From Malacoraja senta (Eukaryota), in assembly GCA_038087875.1 (NCBI GenBank), contig JAXLNO010006061.1, positions 124,001-182,940 on the forward strand: a stretch of DNA of 58,940 nucleotides, given 5' to 3'. Position numbers and translations under genes: made by a program. Position 1 is the first letter of the stretch, and each line of letters begins with the position of its first letter. This document shows, piece by piece, positions 23,716-36,644 of this stretch. Below the pieces are notes generated by a model. That model was not told the DNA's origin and ran no database searches. It saw only the letters and a list, made by a program, of their open reading frames with translations.

Positions 23716-25971
23716 CTAGTCAGGTTCCTGTGCTGAACTATTCTGACCCTTTAAGTAATCAATAAAAGGAGACCATGTTCCTACGAATAATTCCTGTTTG
23801 TCCAACAGGGAAAATCTGATTCTTTCCACGTTTAAGGTCTCCGTCATTTCTATAATCCACATTTTGATTGTGGGGGCCGTAGGGCCTTTCCAAAATTTTA
23901 GAATTAATTTTTTTCCTGTTATTAAACTATAATCAATAAAGTGTCTTTGTGTTGTTCTAAATGTTTGATTTAATTCTAATATTCCGAGGATTATTAATTT
24001 TGGATCTGGGTCCAATTGTGTGCCGGTTACTTTGGATATTATACTGAAAATATTTACCCAGAATTTTTTAATTTTTATACAGTTTGCAAACATATGAGAT
24101 AATGTAGCTTCTAAATGTTGACATTTATCACATATAGGTGAGATATGTTGAAAAATTTTATGTAGTTTTGTTTTTGAATAATGTAACCTATGTATTACTT
24201 TAAATTGTATTAGAGAATGTCTGGCGTTTAGTGAGCACTGATGTATGTGTTGCAAACTTTCTTCCCAAGTATCTTTCGTTATTACTTGATTTAATTCTTT
24301 TTCCCATGTTTGTCTGTGTAATTCCGTCGAAGGAATGTCACTGTCTAATAAGATATTATATATATAAGATATTAATTTTTCTGTATTAGGATGTTTGTTC
24401 CAACATTCATCAAGAATTTCTGAATTTCTAATTCGAAAATTTTGAGAGTTCGATTTTACATAATCTCTAAGTTGAAGATATCTGAAATAATCATTTCCTC
24501 GAAGTCCATAAGTCTGTTGCAACTCCTGAAATGTCAGGAAGGTGCCTTCCTTATAAAGTTGTCCCATATTTTTAATTCCATAATTCTTCCATTGTGTAAA
24601 ACCCCCGTCCAACCATGAAGGCTTAAACAAAGGGTTATTCACAATTGGAAGAAAAAGTGATAAATTATCTAATTTTAATGTCTTTTTTAATTGTTTCCAA
24701 ATTCGTATAGCACTAAATATTATAGGGTTTTCCCTATAAATTTTTTTGTTTAATTTAGACGTAGCAAATAATATCGAACCGATATCAAAAGGTAAACAAT
24801 CTTCCTTTTCCATTTTTAACCAGTCTGGTTGATGATCTATTTCTTCCAACCAGAAATTCATATTTTTAATATTAACAGCCCAGAAATAAAACAAAAAGTT
24901 GGGTAAAACCAAGCCTCCATTTATTTTTGATTTACACAAGTGTCTTTTGTTTATCCTATGATTCTTATAATCCCAGATAAAATCATTAACAATAGAGTCC
25001 AATGTTTGTTGCTTAATCCTGTTCTCTTTATTATAAAATGCTTGAGCAGAAATTAATGTACCTCGAACATACGCTTTAAACGTTTCCCACATAAGAGAAG
25101 TAGGTGTGTCAGGGTTGTCATTTACCTCAAAAAATATTTGAATCTGTTTAATAATATATTCCTGGCATGATCTTTCATTCAAAATTTGTGGGTTAAATCT
25201 CCAATATGCTTGTTTCTCGGACATTCCATTCAATTTAATCATGAATGTTACAGGTGCGTGATCTGAGATTATAATGTTATGGTATTTTAAATTATAAATA
25301 AATGGGGTAAACGTAGAGTCAACTAAAAAATAATCTATTCTTGAGTATGTTTTATGTACTGGTGAGTAAAATGAATATTCCCGTCCAGTTGGGTTTTCTA
25401 TTCTCCAGACATCCTTAATATTAGAGGTATTAATAAATGAATTTAGAAATACACTTGATTGGGATTTTACTTTTTTTTGCCTTGATGATCTATCTAAGTA
25501 TGAATCTAATGTACAATTGAAGTCTCCTCCAATTATTAATTTATATTGTGTAAATTCAGGAATTTTATTAAATGTTTTATTAAAAAACATGGGGTTATCA
25601 AAATTAGGCCCATATACATTCAGAAGAATCACTTTTTCTCCATTTAACTCTCCAACTAGTATAATATATCTACCATCAATATCCACTATTGTTGAAGAGT
25701 TCGTAAAAGGTATTCCTTTACGAATTAATATTGCAACTCCTCTGGACTTGTGGGAAAAGGAGGAATGATATGCTTCAGCGATCCACTTAGCTTTAAGTCT
25801 ATGTTGAGATTCCTTTTTAAGGTGTGTTTCTTGAAGAAATATTACATCTGTTTTGATTAAATTTAGATGTGCCAAAACTTTACCTCTTTTAATTGGTTCA
25901 TTGATTCCCTTGACATTCCAACTACAAAATGTTATTCCCTGACCCCCTCTTGTCATATTAACATCTTGCAT
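23716..25971 (-). CDS. L1 ORF2 derivative: APE endonuclease fused in frame to the post-RT C-terminal region; RT domain absent
   Basis: SWNVKG, LQETHL, GGDFN, SRIDYFL, SDH; jumps at ...KQQT|LDSIVNDFIW (~25003) to the C-terminus with C-x2-C..H..C; no RT motifs such as QG-LSP or YADD. Confidence 0.85.
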   Translation of the reverse strand: MQDVNMTRGGQGITFCSWNVKGINEPIKRGKVLAHLNLIKTDVIFLQETHLKKESQHRLKAKWIAEAYHSSFSHKSRGVAILIRKGIPFTNSSTIVDIDGRYIILVGELNGEKVILLNVYGPNFDNPMFFNKTFNKIPEFTQYKLIIGGDFNCTLDSYLDRSSRQKKVKSQSSVFLNSFINTSNIKDVWRIENPTGREYSFYSPVHKTYSRIDYFLVDSTFTPFIYNLKYHNIIISDHAPVTFMIKLNGMSEKQAYWRFNPQILNERSCQEYIIKQIQIFFEVNDNPDTPTSLMWETFKAYVRGTLISAQAFYNKENRIKQQTLDSIVNDFIWDYKNHRINKRHLCKSKINGGLVLPNFLFYFWAVNIKNMNFWLEEIDHQPDWLKMEKEDCLPFDIGSILFATSKLNKKIYRENPIIFSAIRIWKQLKKTLKLDNLSLFLPIVNNPLFKPSWLDGGFTQWKNYGIKNMGQLYKEGTFLTFQELQQTYGLRGNDYFRYLQLRDYVKSNSQNFRIRNSEILDECWNKHPNTEKLISYIYNILLDSDIPSTELHRQTWEKELNQVITKDTWEESLQHIHQCSLNARHSLIQFKVIHRLHYSKTKLHKIFQHISPICDKCQHLEATLSHMFANCIKIKKFWVNIFSIISKVTGTQLDPDPKLIILGILELNQTFRTTQRHFIDYSLITGKKLILKFWKGPTAPTIKMWIIEMTETLNVERIRFSLLDKQELFVGTWSPFIDYLKGQNSSAQEPD

Positions 25972-26985
25972 ATTGTTTCTAAGGTGGTCTATAGCCGAGC
26001 AGAAGGTACAACACAGAGAACCTGACCCTGCTCCCGAACCTCGAATAGATGAATTTAAAATCATATACGTCGCTCTTCCGAACACATCTCCTTGTATTAG
26101 TCTTATTTTTCCATTCAAACATTAAATTATAAAAATATTTAAAGTGAAAAAAGTGATAGAGTTGATTAGTATAGGGTGAAAGAAAAAGAACTACATCTAC
26201 AATTAGTGTAGTTAGTGATAGCCACACTAACGTGGCTAGAATTCTAAAGACTTCCGTAGCCTTTGTAAGAAAAAAAAATTTCCCAGCTCCGTGCCCGAAG
26301 AAAAAAAAAGATTATTTCTAACATTCAAATAACTTCTTTGGGAGTAACAAACTTATTTACATACCCATACGTACACACACACAATATACACATATATATA
26401 TATATATATATACCCATATGTATACATACATAAGCACGTAACCCTGCAAAACAGCAAAAATTCACAACGTTATTATTCTCTACCTATCCTATTAATTTTT
26501 TCACTAAATCTATAAATCTAATTTTAAATTGAAAAATAAAGAGAAAAACCGTCAAACTTTATTATGACGTAGGCTAATTTACTTCTTACATATCTTCCTT
26601 TATAATATAAGTATGTAATTCATTTCTACGTTAATCGAAGACTATTAATTATTAATCATTGTTATCAATCATATACCGTATTAAATTTTTATGAGAAATA
26701 TTAATGTTAATAATTTTAGTGGTAATATGGATATTTAATAAGTATTAGTTGTTACCTATATAGTTAGATATGAATATACAAATAATAATGATGATTAGTA
26801 AACACAAAAAAAAAAAAAAAAAAAATTATATATAAAAAAAAAATTACAAAGATCACGGTTTTATCCAATGTCCTCCGTCCATTTCGGTTTCCGAATGTCC
26901 TTAAAGCTCTTAGAAGAACTTTAAAGGTCCTTTTAAATCTGGCAGTCCTGTTGGTCCTTGACTCCTAAGGAGTAATGTAAATTCT

Positions 26986-27999
26986 TCAGTCTATGGTCAT
27001 GTTACCAACTTCTTTGGCATATTGCAGTGCTTTTTCGTGGTCTGTAAAAAAGTGTTCCTTGGACTTGTAAGAAACTCTTGATCTTGCGGGATAAAGCAAG
27101 CCGTATCTCAAATTGGGTACATTCTTCACTATTCTTTTTGTCTCAGTGAACAGCGCTCTTTTCTTGAAGACTTCTGCCGGATAATCTCGGTAAATACTGA
27201 ATCTTACACCTTCAAAATGGAGTTGTCCGCCTCGAACAGTTTTCTTCATTATATCGTCAAATTCATGATCCATTTGCACCTTTACAATAATTTGTCTTGG
27301 ATGGGCATCGTCTTGAGTACGACGTCGCTGCGCTCTATGAGCTCGACCGAGTGAAGGTTTGTAATCCAATTTTAAGGCTTTTTGTAATAGGTCTGCCACA
27401 AAATCCCGAGTGCCCATTTCCCTCTCACTTCCTTCTTTCACCCCTACAATTCTTAGATTTTTACGTCTTTGACGCCCCTCCAAATCGATACATTTATCAC
27501 TTAATTTGATCACCATATCGGAGAGGCGTAGGTTTTCAGTAAGAAGTCGACTTACAGTTTCCTCACTTGTCGCCGCCCATTTCTCAAGTTCGGTTATCGC
27601 TGTTCTATGTTGATCAAGTACGTGATGAATGGGGTCCAGCTCCGTTTTAACCTTCGTTTCCACCGAAACGAGCCTGGCTTCCAGCACTTCCATCTGATCC
27701 TTGACCTCTTCCTCCCTCGTCCTCTTCCAGATTTCCAGCATTTGTTGAACGGTAGAATGCATTTCTGCTTTAAAATATACCTTAAAAGAGTCGAGTTGCT
27801 CTTTAAAATTCTCTCCAAAGTTTTTCATTTCGGCAGCGAGAAAGGTTTTAAGGTCCTCCATTTCAGACTTTTTCTGTTTCATTTTCTTCGGAGGGTCTTC
27901 CTGGGTTTCCTGGCGCGTCTTTGTAACTGAGGCCGAGGCCTCTGTAGGGCCTTCCTCTTCCATCTGCGGTCTCCCTTTAACGGCTTTTTTTTGTGTCAC
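26986..27999 (-). CDS. L1 ORF1p (coiled-coil, RRM, CTD)
   Basis: LEGRQRRKNLRIVGV, RAHR, PRQIIVK, RYGLLYPAR; 337 open codons (start codon uncertain). Confidence 0.88.
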   Translation of the reverse strand: MTQKKAVKGRPQMEEEGPTEASASVTKTRQETQEDPPKKMKQKKSEMEDLKTFLAAEMKNFGENFKEQLDSFKVYFKAEMHSTVQQMLEIWKRTREEEVKDQMEVLEARLVSVETKVKTELDPIHHVLDQHRTAITELEKWAATSEETVSRLLTENLRLSDMVIKLSDKCIDLEGRQRRKNLRIVGVKEGSEREMGTRDFVADLLQKALKLDYKPSLGRAHRAQRRRTQDDAHPRQIIVKVQMDHEFDDIMKKTVRGGQLHFEGVRFSIYRDYPAEVFKKRALFTETKRIVKNVPNLRYGLLYPARSRVSYKSKEHFFTDHEKALQYAKEVGNMTID

Positions 28000-28679
28000 A
28001 CGGGGGGGGGGTACGTTGTAACGACATACCGTAAAGTAGCGCGCTTGATGACGTCCCGCAGGCAGCCGTTCAGATCGCGATCGCTGCAGGTAAGACCCGA
28101 TTTTCTCCCGTTTTTAGTTTCTTCGGCATGGAGCTAGTAGGCGCTGGACTCAAGCCTCCATAGCGCCACCGGAAGTCCCAAATAGCCTCCCTAGACGAGC
28201 ACTCTAATCTATCCTGCCAAAGCACTGCTGTAATATCTTCCTTGACAAGCAATGCAACACCCCCACCTCTTGCCCCTCCAATTCTATCACCCCTGAAGCA
28301 ACGAAATCCTGGAATATTTATTTGCCAATCACAGCCCTCCTGCAACCATGTTTCACTGATTGCCACAACATCATACTTCCAGGTGTCAATCCAGGCTCTA
28401 AGCTCATCCACCTTTCTTACAATGCTCCTAGCATTAATATATACACATTTAAGAAACCCTCCACCACTTATTCTCTGTTTATTATCTTTTTCTTCTTTCT
28501 CCCCTACATTTTGGGTCCGAGTGCTTCCCTTCTCTGCCTCCTGCCTCCCACATTTTCCACTAGGTTTCTCTATTTGTGTCCCTTCCCCCAACCGTTCTAG
28601 TTTAAAGTCTCCCCAGTAGCCTTTGCAAATCTCCCCGCCAGGATAGTGGTCCCCCTCGGGTTCAAGTGCAACCCGTCCA

Positions 28680-29885
28680 CACAGCTACCACTCTCTGAGT
28701 AAAGAAGTTCCCCCTAATGTTACCCCTAAACTTCTGTCCCTTACTTCTCAAGTCATGTCCCCTTGTTTGAATCTTCCCTACTCTCAATGGGAAAAGCTTA
28801 TCCACATCAACTCTGTCTAACCCGCTCATCATTTTAAAGACCTCTATCAAGTCCCCCCTTAACCTTCTGCGCTCCAAAGAATAAAGACCGAACTTGTTCA
28901 ACCTTTCTCTGTAACTTAGTTGCTGAAACCCAGGCAACATTCTAGTAAATCTCCTCTGTACTCTCTCTATTTTGTTGACATCCTTCCTATAATTAGGCGA
29001 CCAAAATTGTACTCCATACTCCAGAATTGGCCTCACCAATGCCTTGTACAATTTTAACATTACATCCCAACTTCTATATTCAATGCTCTGATTTATAAAG
29101 GCCAGCACACCAAAAGCTTTCTTTACCACCCTATCTACAGTACATGAGATTCCACCTTCAGGGAACTAGGCACAGTTATTCCTAGATCCCTCTGTTCAAC
29201 TGCATTACTCAATTCGCTACCATTTACCATGTACGTCCTATTTTGATTTGTCCTGCCGAGATGCAGCACCTCACATCTATCAGCATTAAACTCCATCTGC
29301 CATCTTTCAGCCCACTCTTCCAAATGGCCTAAATCTCTCTGTAGACTTTGAAAATCGACTTCATTATCCAAAACACCACCTATCTTAGTATCATCTCCAT
29401 ACTTAATGATCCAATTTTCCACACCATCATCCAGATCATTGATGTAAATGACAAACAACAGTGGACCCAACACAGACCCCTGAGGCACCCCACTAGTCAC
29501 CGGCCTCCAACCTGACAAACAGCCATCCACCATTACTCTCTGGCATCTCCCATTCAGCCACTGTTGAATCCATCTTGCTACTCCACCATTAATACCCAAC
29601 AATTGAATCTTCTTAACCAACATTCCATGAGGAACCTTGTCAAAGGCCTTACTGAAGTCCATATAGACAACATCCACTGCTTTACCCTCATCAATTTCCC
29701 TAGTAACCTCTTTGAAAAATTCAAGAAGATTAGTCAAACATGACCTTCCAGGCACAAATCCATGTTGACTTCCTAATCAGACTCTGCTTATCCAGATGCT
29801 TATATATATTATCTCTAAGTATCCTTTCCATTAATTTGCCCACCACTAACGTCAAACTAACAGGTCTATAATTGCTAGGTTTATA
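28680..29885 (-). mobile_element. CR1 RT fragment, same subfamily as the 21-23 kb and 46-48 kb copies
   Basis: ORFs 28662-29129 and 29135-29755, broken by a 5-bp insertion. Confidence 0.9.
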
Positions 29886-29933
29886 ATTGCATTGCTCTCA
29901 CAAGAAGAAGCCCTGCTGCTTGCAGCAGCCCTC

Positions 29934-30185
29934 ATGCTTAAAGATCAGCAAGACAGAAGGACAAGAAGAATGGGGAAGAGGAAGCCCAAGAAGAGGTGTG
30001 CGTGGTTGAAGCCCTTGTCCCTGTAGAGACCCAGGTTGGGCCAGTATGACAACCTGACGATTGAGCTCCAGCAAGAAGATGAGGATGCCTTCAGAAACTT
30101 CACCAGGCTTCCCCCAGAGCTGTTTCAGGAGCTGAAGACACTGGGTGGGCCCTATCCTGGAGAAAAAGGTGACCCACGGAGGAGT
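29934..30185 (+). pseudogene. PIF/Harbinger transposase N-terminal fragment
   Basis: Manual translation W-LKP..*RPRLGQYDNLTIELQQEDEDAFRNFTRLPPELFQEL, then VGPILEKKVT after a frameshift; MITE-like gtcgtag repeats follow. Confidence 0.65.
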
Positions 30186-30249
30186 CACTGTCGTAGCCTG
30201 ATGTAGCTAGTCACGTCAACTGTTGCCGATGGTCGCCAGCTGTCGTAGT

Positions 30250-30820
30250 GTGAGTCTCCATTTTCTCTTACATCGGTTGTTTCGACAATAATCGACCGGA
30301 CACCTGGGTTGGTTTAAATGTACGTTTATTCAGCAGGAGTCTTTACACAGGTTAGCAACCTAGCAAAGAGTCAAGCTCAATGCCTTTATTCGCAATGCCT
30401 TATATACTTTAAGGCTACAGTTTATGCCTCCCATATTACTGAAACAAAGCAACAGACACGTACGCAATGGTCAGGATAACAGGCACGTACATATTGGGAG
30501 GTGTTATTTAGTGGAACAATACTAGAGATAAGACAGGTACATTCCTCAGACTTCTGGGCGCGGCGGTTTGTATATTCCTCAGACTTCTGAGAGCCAGCCA
30601 TCTCAGTCAGACGGGTGCGGGTAATACCATAGTCGCAAATATGCAGTAACAGCAGGACAATGTGTATTTCTCCTGACCACAACTTCTTGAAACCGGCAGC
30701 TACATATTAAGCAACTTTGGTCAGCAGACATTTTATGTTTTAATCCAGTCCACCTGGCCAAACCATTTTACCTTCACAGAACAATCTTACAGCGTTTATT
30801 CAAGATTTACATTCACAGTA
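30250..30820 (-). mobile_element. Candidate solo LTR inside the Harbinger remnant
   Basis: Minus strand starts TGTTAC and has TATATAA (~30404) then AATAAA (~30330); no TSD confirmed. Confidence 0.3.
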
Positions 30821-31461
30821 ACATGTTGCCAGTAAGGTCGTAGCTTGTTGTCGGTATGGTCATACATTGTCGTAGATTGTCGCCGATATAGGTGTAGATG
30901 GACTTCATTCATAGCATCACGACTGGCTGTTGTAGCTTGACTTCTGTGCTCTATCTACCTCATTGGAGACCCTCGGACTATCTTTGATCAGAATTTACTG
31001 GTTTTATCTTGCACTGAACTTTATTCATGTTATTCCCTTCATCATGTTTCTGCTCACTGTGCTCGATTGTAATCATATATTGTCCGTCTGTTGTCTGGTT
31101 AACATGCAACTAAAGCTTTTCACTGTACCTCGGTACATGTGACAATAAACCCGACTCACTGTCTCTCAGTCCTCTCATTGATGTGGATATCTGCACTAAT
31201 TGGTGTCTCTCAGTCCCTCTCTCTCACCAGGATATCTGTACACCTGGCAGGGGAGAAACCTTGATCACCAAGGAGGTTCTCCCAGGACGAGTATTTGAGT
31301 AAAAGAGACTCTCTGTTCTTATTAGAACAGTTCTGGCGGCCCCTTGGGGACAAGGGCCGTGGATCGTGGAGCAGAATCAGTGACGAGGAGTCGGTCGGCT
31401 GCGGGCTTAGAGGTGGATCCATGCTGGTTGGGCAACCAACCTAACACCTCATTCAGCCACA

Positions 31462-34400
31462 ATGGCAGCAGCAACTGGAGCGGGAGTACAGGGTATCCGC
31501 AATACCCTGAGAATCAGCGTTAAGGACCTCAGCAAGGGGGTTCCCTTCTCACGGGACCTGTTCGTGAAGAAGGTCTTGCTAGAGGCCTGCAAATTTGAGG
31601 CCAAAGACATCTACTGCCTCCAGGAGTTCCCGGGTAATGGACACATTGATGTTACCTTCAAGTATCCGACGGGATGGCAAAAGTTGATGGAAGACTTCCG
31701 GGAGAAGGGGAATGAAGCTCCGCTGTCGCTCTTCATCCCCCCCACCCAGAAGGAAAGGATGATCACGTTGCACATGTTCAACCCACATGTGCCCGTAGTG
31801 GATGTCCTCACCTTCCTTGCTCGTCATGTCGAGGGAGCAGGGAACTGTGTGGACATAAAGGACCTGTACGGGATCTGGACGAGCAAGCGGCAAGTGAAGG
31901 TGAAGCTGAGGGTGGACAAGAACGGAGCCATCATCCACCCTCCCTCGTTGTTCGCTATCAGAGGGAACCGAGGGTACATGAGCTACACGGGGCAACCCAG
32001 GCTGTGCAGGAAATGCAACAAGCCTGGGCATGTGATGGTCCAATGCACTGCAGTTGTCAAAGGACTGTCAGGCCAGCAAGAACTGCAACCTGTGTGGGGA
32101 GGCAGGCCACCTTTACAGGGCCTGCCCTAAAAGAGCCTGCACCTATGCACAGGCGACAAGAGGGGCTGCTGCCAGCACCCCCAGGGTGGGTGAGACACCC
32201 CTCACCATTGCTAAGACTGCAGCAGAAAGGGGGAACAGGGATGAGGACAGCCCGACCACCTCGAGCCCCCGTGCCGGAAGGAGACCCCCATCACCCTGCT
32301 CAGGAGGGAGAGTCGATGGAGGAGGGGGGACAGCAGGAGAAATGGACGACGGTGATGTACAAGAAGCACCAGAGGGTTCAGCCGAAAGCCGAGGTCGGAA
32401 AGGGCTGGTAAGTCCAAAAATAAATCCCAAAAAAGATCTTTCTCCCTGACAGAAGGCAGCAACCTCTCCTCGTCGGAGGATGAGGCGACCGGGAAGTCCC
32501 AACGATGGAGGCAGAGGAAGAAAACGGGAGGAAAAGAGAAAGGCCACGCCGATCATCCCCCAGCCCCAGGAGACCGAGAGCAGAGCAGCGGCCGAGGGGC
32601 TCCAGCGCCAGGACATCGGAAGCAGTGCAGAGGCTGAGGGGCTCCAGCCCCTGGAGACCGGGATCATCGCAGCGGTCGATGGGGCCCAGTTCCGGGCAAC
32701 TGGGAGCATTGCAGCGGCCAATGGGCCCCAGCTCCGGGCGACCGGTAGCAGCGCAGCGGCCGATGGGCCCCAACCCCGGGCTTGCAGGAGCAGTGAACCA
32801 GCCACCGTACCCCAGCTACGGAGGAAGCAGCGCGCCCTGAAGCGGGTGGAACGAGTAGGCCCCTCCCAACGACACCTTGGGTTACGCCACAGGAAACCCA
32901 CCTCATTGAGGATGCCGGCACTGGGTTCCTGAGCCCAGGAAAGCTGAGGCAATTCACCGAAGCGGTGGGCATGAGGGGACACGAGAATGGTCAGTGACTC
33001 TAAAGACAATGGAGATAAAACTGGCATCTTTAAACGTGCGCAGTATAAAGAGCACTGGGCGATGTGTAAATGCCTTGCAGTACCTGGCCAACGTCAAGGC
33101 AGATGTGACTTTTCCCCACGAGTGCGGGCTGCCGCACCTCCGCTGCTATCGGAGGTGGTCGCGATGGTGGCCCCACGGACTGTCGGTGTGGTCGGGGGGC
33201 AATGACTGTTGCGATTCCGGCCTGGGGATCTTGCTGCGGGGAGGGAACTTCGCCATCGCTGAGGTCAGGGAGGTGGTTGGGGGGCGTCTCCCCGTGGTGG
33301 ATGTTATGTACCGTGGTTCTACGCTCCAGCTGATTAATGTGTATACCTCACCCGTGCAGAGCGAGCGGCTGGCCGTTCTCCAGCAGCTCCCATCGCTGCT
33401 GGCCACGTCCCGGCAGCTCGTTCTGGCCGGTGACTTCAACTGCATCATCGATGCGGCTGGACGATCCGGCAGTGCCGACAACAGACTGGACAGCACGTCC
33501 AAGTTTCTCATGGAGACGGTAAAAGACGCAAAGCTGCACGACGCCTTCAGCAACCCTGCAGGCAGGTCCCAGCTGCATTTCACCTGGTCGAGATCGGACG
33601 GTTTAGCCCGACCCCGGATAGACTTCGTCTTCACGACGAAGGCCGTCACGGTGAGACACACCGACCTCACGCCGGTGTTCTTCTCTGACCACTGCCTCCT
33701 TCAGGCTTTCTGTCACCTACAGGAGGACCGGAAGGCAGGCAGGGGGACGTGGAAGTTAAATATGAAGCTGTTGACCCCAGAGAACGTTGAGGAGCTAAAG
33801 AGGGACTACGCATGTTGGAGAACGGTGAGGCCCCTCTTTGACTCCCCGACATGCTGGTGGGAAGCAACCAAGGAGAACATTAAGAGGTTCTTCATAGTTA
33901 AAGGGGTTCAGAGAGCAAGACAGAGTCAGAGGGAATTGTGCCAACTCCAGACAGATTTGCAACAACTGCTCCTTCTGCAGTCGAGATGGGTGGATGTGAC
34001 GGAGGAACTTAGAGAGGTGAAGGACCGGCAAGCTCGGCTCTTTACGTCTGAATCCTCCAAGATCATCTTCCGATCCAGGGTCCGCCATGTGCAGCAGGAT
34101 GAGACGTGCTCACGTTTCTTCTTCCATAAGGTTCACAGGGGAAGCTCTGTGATGAACAGCCTTAGGGAAGAGGACGGCTCGGTAACATCCTCGCAGACGG
34201 ACATGCTGAGGATCTGCAAATCCTTTTACACGGATTTGTACGACAAAAAGGCCACAGACAGCACCGCCTCCCAGAACTTCCTGTCCTCTATCACGGAGGT
34301 CTTGGAGAACATCAAGCGGGAGAGTCTGGACCAACCACTGACCCTAGAGGAGCTGACTGGCTCCATCCGTTCCTTTGACTCGAGTAAAACTCCCGGAAGC

Positions 34401-36611
34401 GATGGCTTACCAGCCGAGTTGTATTCGGCTCTGTGGGACTGGGTGGGCCCGGACCTGCTGGAAGTGTACAACGACATGCTTCTAGCCAGCAGCATGTCAG
34501 ACTCCATGAGGAATGGCAGCATCACCCTAATCTACAAGCAGAAGGGGGAGATGAAGGATATAAAGAATTGGAGACCCATCACATTGTTGAATGTAGATTA
34601 CAAGATCCTGTTTAAGGCCATCGCCAACCGGGTCAAGTCAGCTCTGGGACAGGTGATCCAACACAAACCTGTGCTGTACCTGCTGCTGAGAGATACCATC
34701 GCCTACGTGCAGGACAGACGGGTGGATGCCTGCCTAGTCAGCTTGGACCAGGAGAAGGCCTTCGACAGGATATCGCACACGTTCATGAGGGACGTGCTCT
34801 CCAAAATGGGTTTTGGGGAGGGAATCCGAAATTGGATCAAACTGCTCTACACCAATATCCGTAGTGCAGTCCAAATCAATGGGTGGGAATCAGACAGTTT
34901 CCCTGTAAGGTCTGGAGTCTGGCAGGGGTGCCCTCTCTCTCCTGTCTTGTTTATCTGCTGTATTGAACCTTTTGCCGAGTCCATCAGGAATATGCGAGCA
35001 TAAGAGGAGTGACATTGCCAGGCAGTGGGGGCATTCGTCAAAATTTCCCTGTACATGGACGATGTCGCTGTCTTCTGCTCGGATCCAGGGTCGGTCCGCA
35101 GACTGATTAGTATCTGCGACCAGTTTGAGTCGGCCACGGGAGCCAGGGTGAACCGCAGGAAGAGCGAGGCCATGCTCTTTGGCAACTGGCCCGACCGAAC
35201 TTCTGTCCCCTTCACCATCAAGCCTGACTTCTTGAAGGTGCTGGGGATCTGGTTCGGGGGGGCTGAGGCGTGTAACAAGAATTGGCTGGAGCGGATAGTC
35301 AAGGTGGGGAAGAAGCTGGAGCTGTGGAGGCAACGCTCCTCTCCATAACCGGAAAAAATGTGGTCATCAGGTGTGAGGTGCTCTCGGGGCTGCTGTACTT
35401 GGCGCAAGTGTGGCCTGTCCCTCCCTCCTATGCCACAGGGATCACCCGGGCCGCCTTCCAGTTCATCTGGGGGTCGAGGATAGACCGGGTGCGACGGGCC
35501 ACAATGTACAAGTCAGCAGACAACGGGGGTAAAAGCGTGCCCAACGTCGCCCTCACCCTGATGGCCACCTTTGTGTGTGGCTGCATCAGGCGGAGTGTAG
35601 AGCCAAGGCACATGGGCACCAAGTGTCACTACCTGCTGAAGGATGCGAAGGATGGGCCTGGCGCAGATGCCACGCAATGTGCCAGTCAGCTGGACATTGC
35701 TGCCCCATCTGTCGTCTGTGGAAAGGTTCTTCCGGACCAACACCTTTGACCACATGTCCATTGGGCAGTGGTCAGCACGGAACGTCCTGCAGGCACTGCA
35801 GGGAAAGGACTCGATTGATCCGGTGGCGTGGTTCCCAGAGCAGACTGCCCAGTTTGTCTGGCAAAATGCCTCATCGCCAGAACTCACCAACAAGCACCAA
35901 GACCTGGCTTGGCTGGCGGTGAGGGGAGCCCTCCCAGTCAGATCTTTCCTGCACCGTCGGGAACCTCACTGCCAGCGCACGGGACGGCTGCTATGGAGAG
36001 GAGACGGTTCCCCACCTCTTCGCAGAGTGTGGATTTGCAAAAAGAATCTGGAGAAGTATGCAGGGATCCCTGGCACGCTTTATCCCGAACAGCTCCGTCA
36101 CAGAGGACTCTGTGATTTACGGACTGTTCCCAGGGACACATTCAGAGACTGACATCGAATGCTGCTGGAAGGTCATCAACTCGGCGAAAGACGCTATTTG
36201 GTCTGCCCGAGCGTTGTTCACCACCCAGCAGAGCGAGATGTCCGTCAGGGAATGTTGCCGACTGGCCCGCTGCAGACTGCAGGAGTAGGTGCTGAGGGAC
36301 GCACTGAAGCTTGGTGCAGCCAACGCCAAGGCTCGATGGGGGAGGGCCACAGTCTAGGGTCCTCCCGCTGCTGGACATGGGGGGCACGGTATGGTGGAGA
36401 TGCCCCTCAAAATAAGGGAAGGTATCCCACGCCAGGGGGGCACATGAGTGGCACGGGTGGGGGACGGATTTGTGGAATTTGAAAAAAAATGTATTAACTG
36501 CATTGGACAATTTGTATAGCCTCCGAAAATGCCGGATTAATTTTTCGCACGGTTCACGTATTGTATATATTTATTACTTGAATAAAGTATATTTTGAAAT
36601 TTTTAAAAAAA
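31462..36611 (+). mobile_element. Near full-length L1-Tx1 element, frameshifted
   Basis: ORF1 31462-~32130 with CCHC knuckles (CRKCNKPGH, CNLCGEAGH; ZCCHC3-like); ORF2 from 33009 (SLNVRS, GDFN, SDH, KTPGSDG, QGCPLSP, YMDD); AATAAA 36581 and A-tail 36605-36611. Confidence 0.9.
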
Positions 36612-36644
36612 GGAGTGTCCAAGTGTGTGTCAGTGCTCAGAGTG

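Larger units (their letters stand above)
23368..28176 (-). mobile_element. L1 with both termini and an internal RT deletion
   Basis: 16-bp TSD cccaaatagcctccct (23352-23367 / 28177-28192); 5' end GACTTCCGGTGGCG; poly(A) at 23368; ORF1 and ORF2 present. Confidence 0.92.
20900..28610 (-). mobile_element. Young CR1 (EN-RT ORF2) split by a nested L1
   Basis: 760-aa EN/RT ORF 21070-23352; EN N-terminus (VYINARS, VAISETW) at 28177-28450; the two parts share the L1 TSD. Confidence 0.92.

Noticed and set aside
28070-28591. 173-aa ORF as a novel gene
   Set aside because: Chimera of CR1 endonuclease N-terminus reading across the TSD into the L1 5' UTR.
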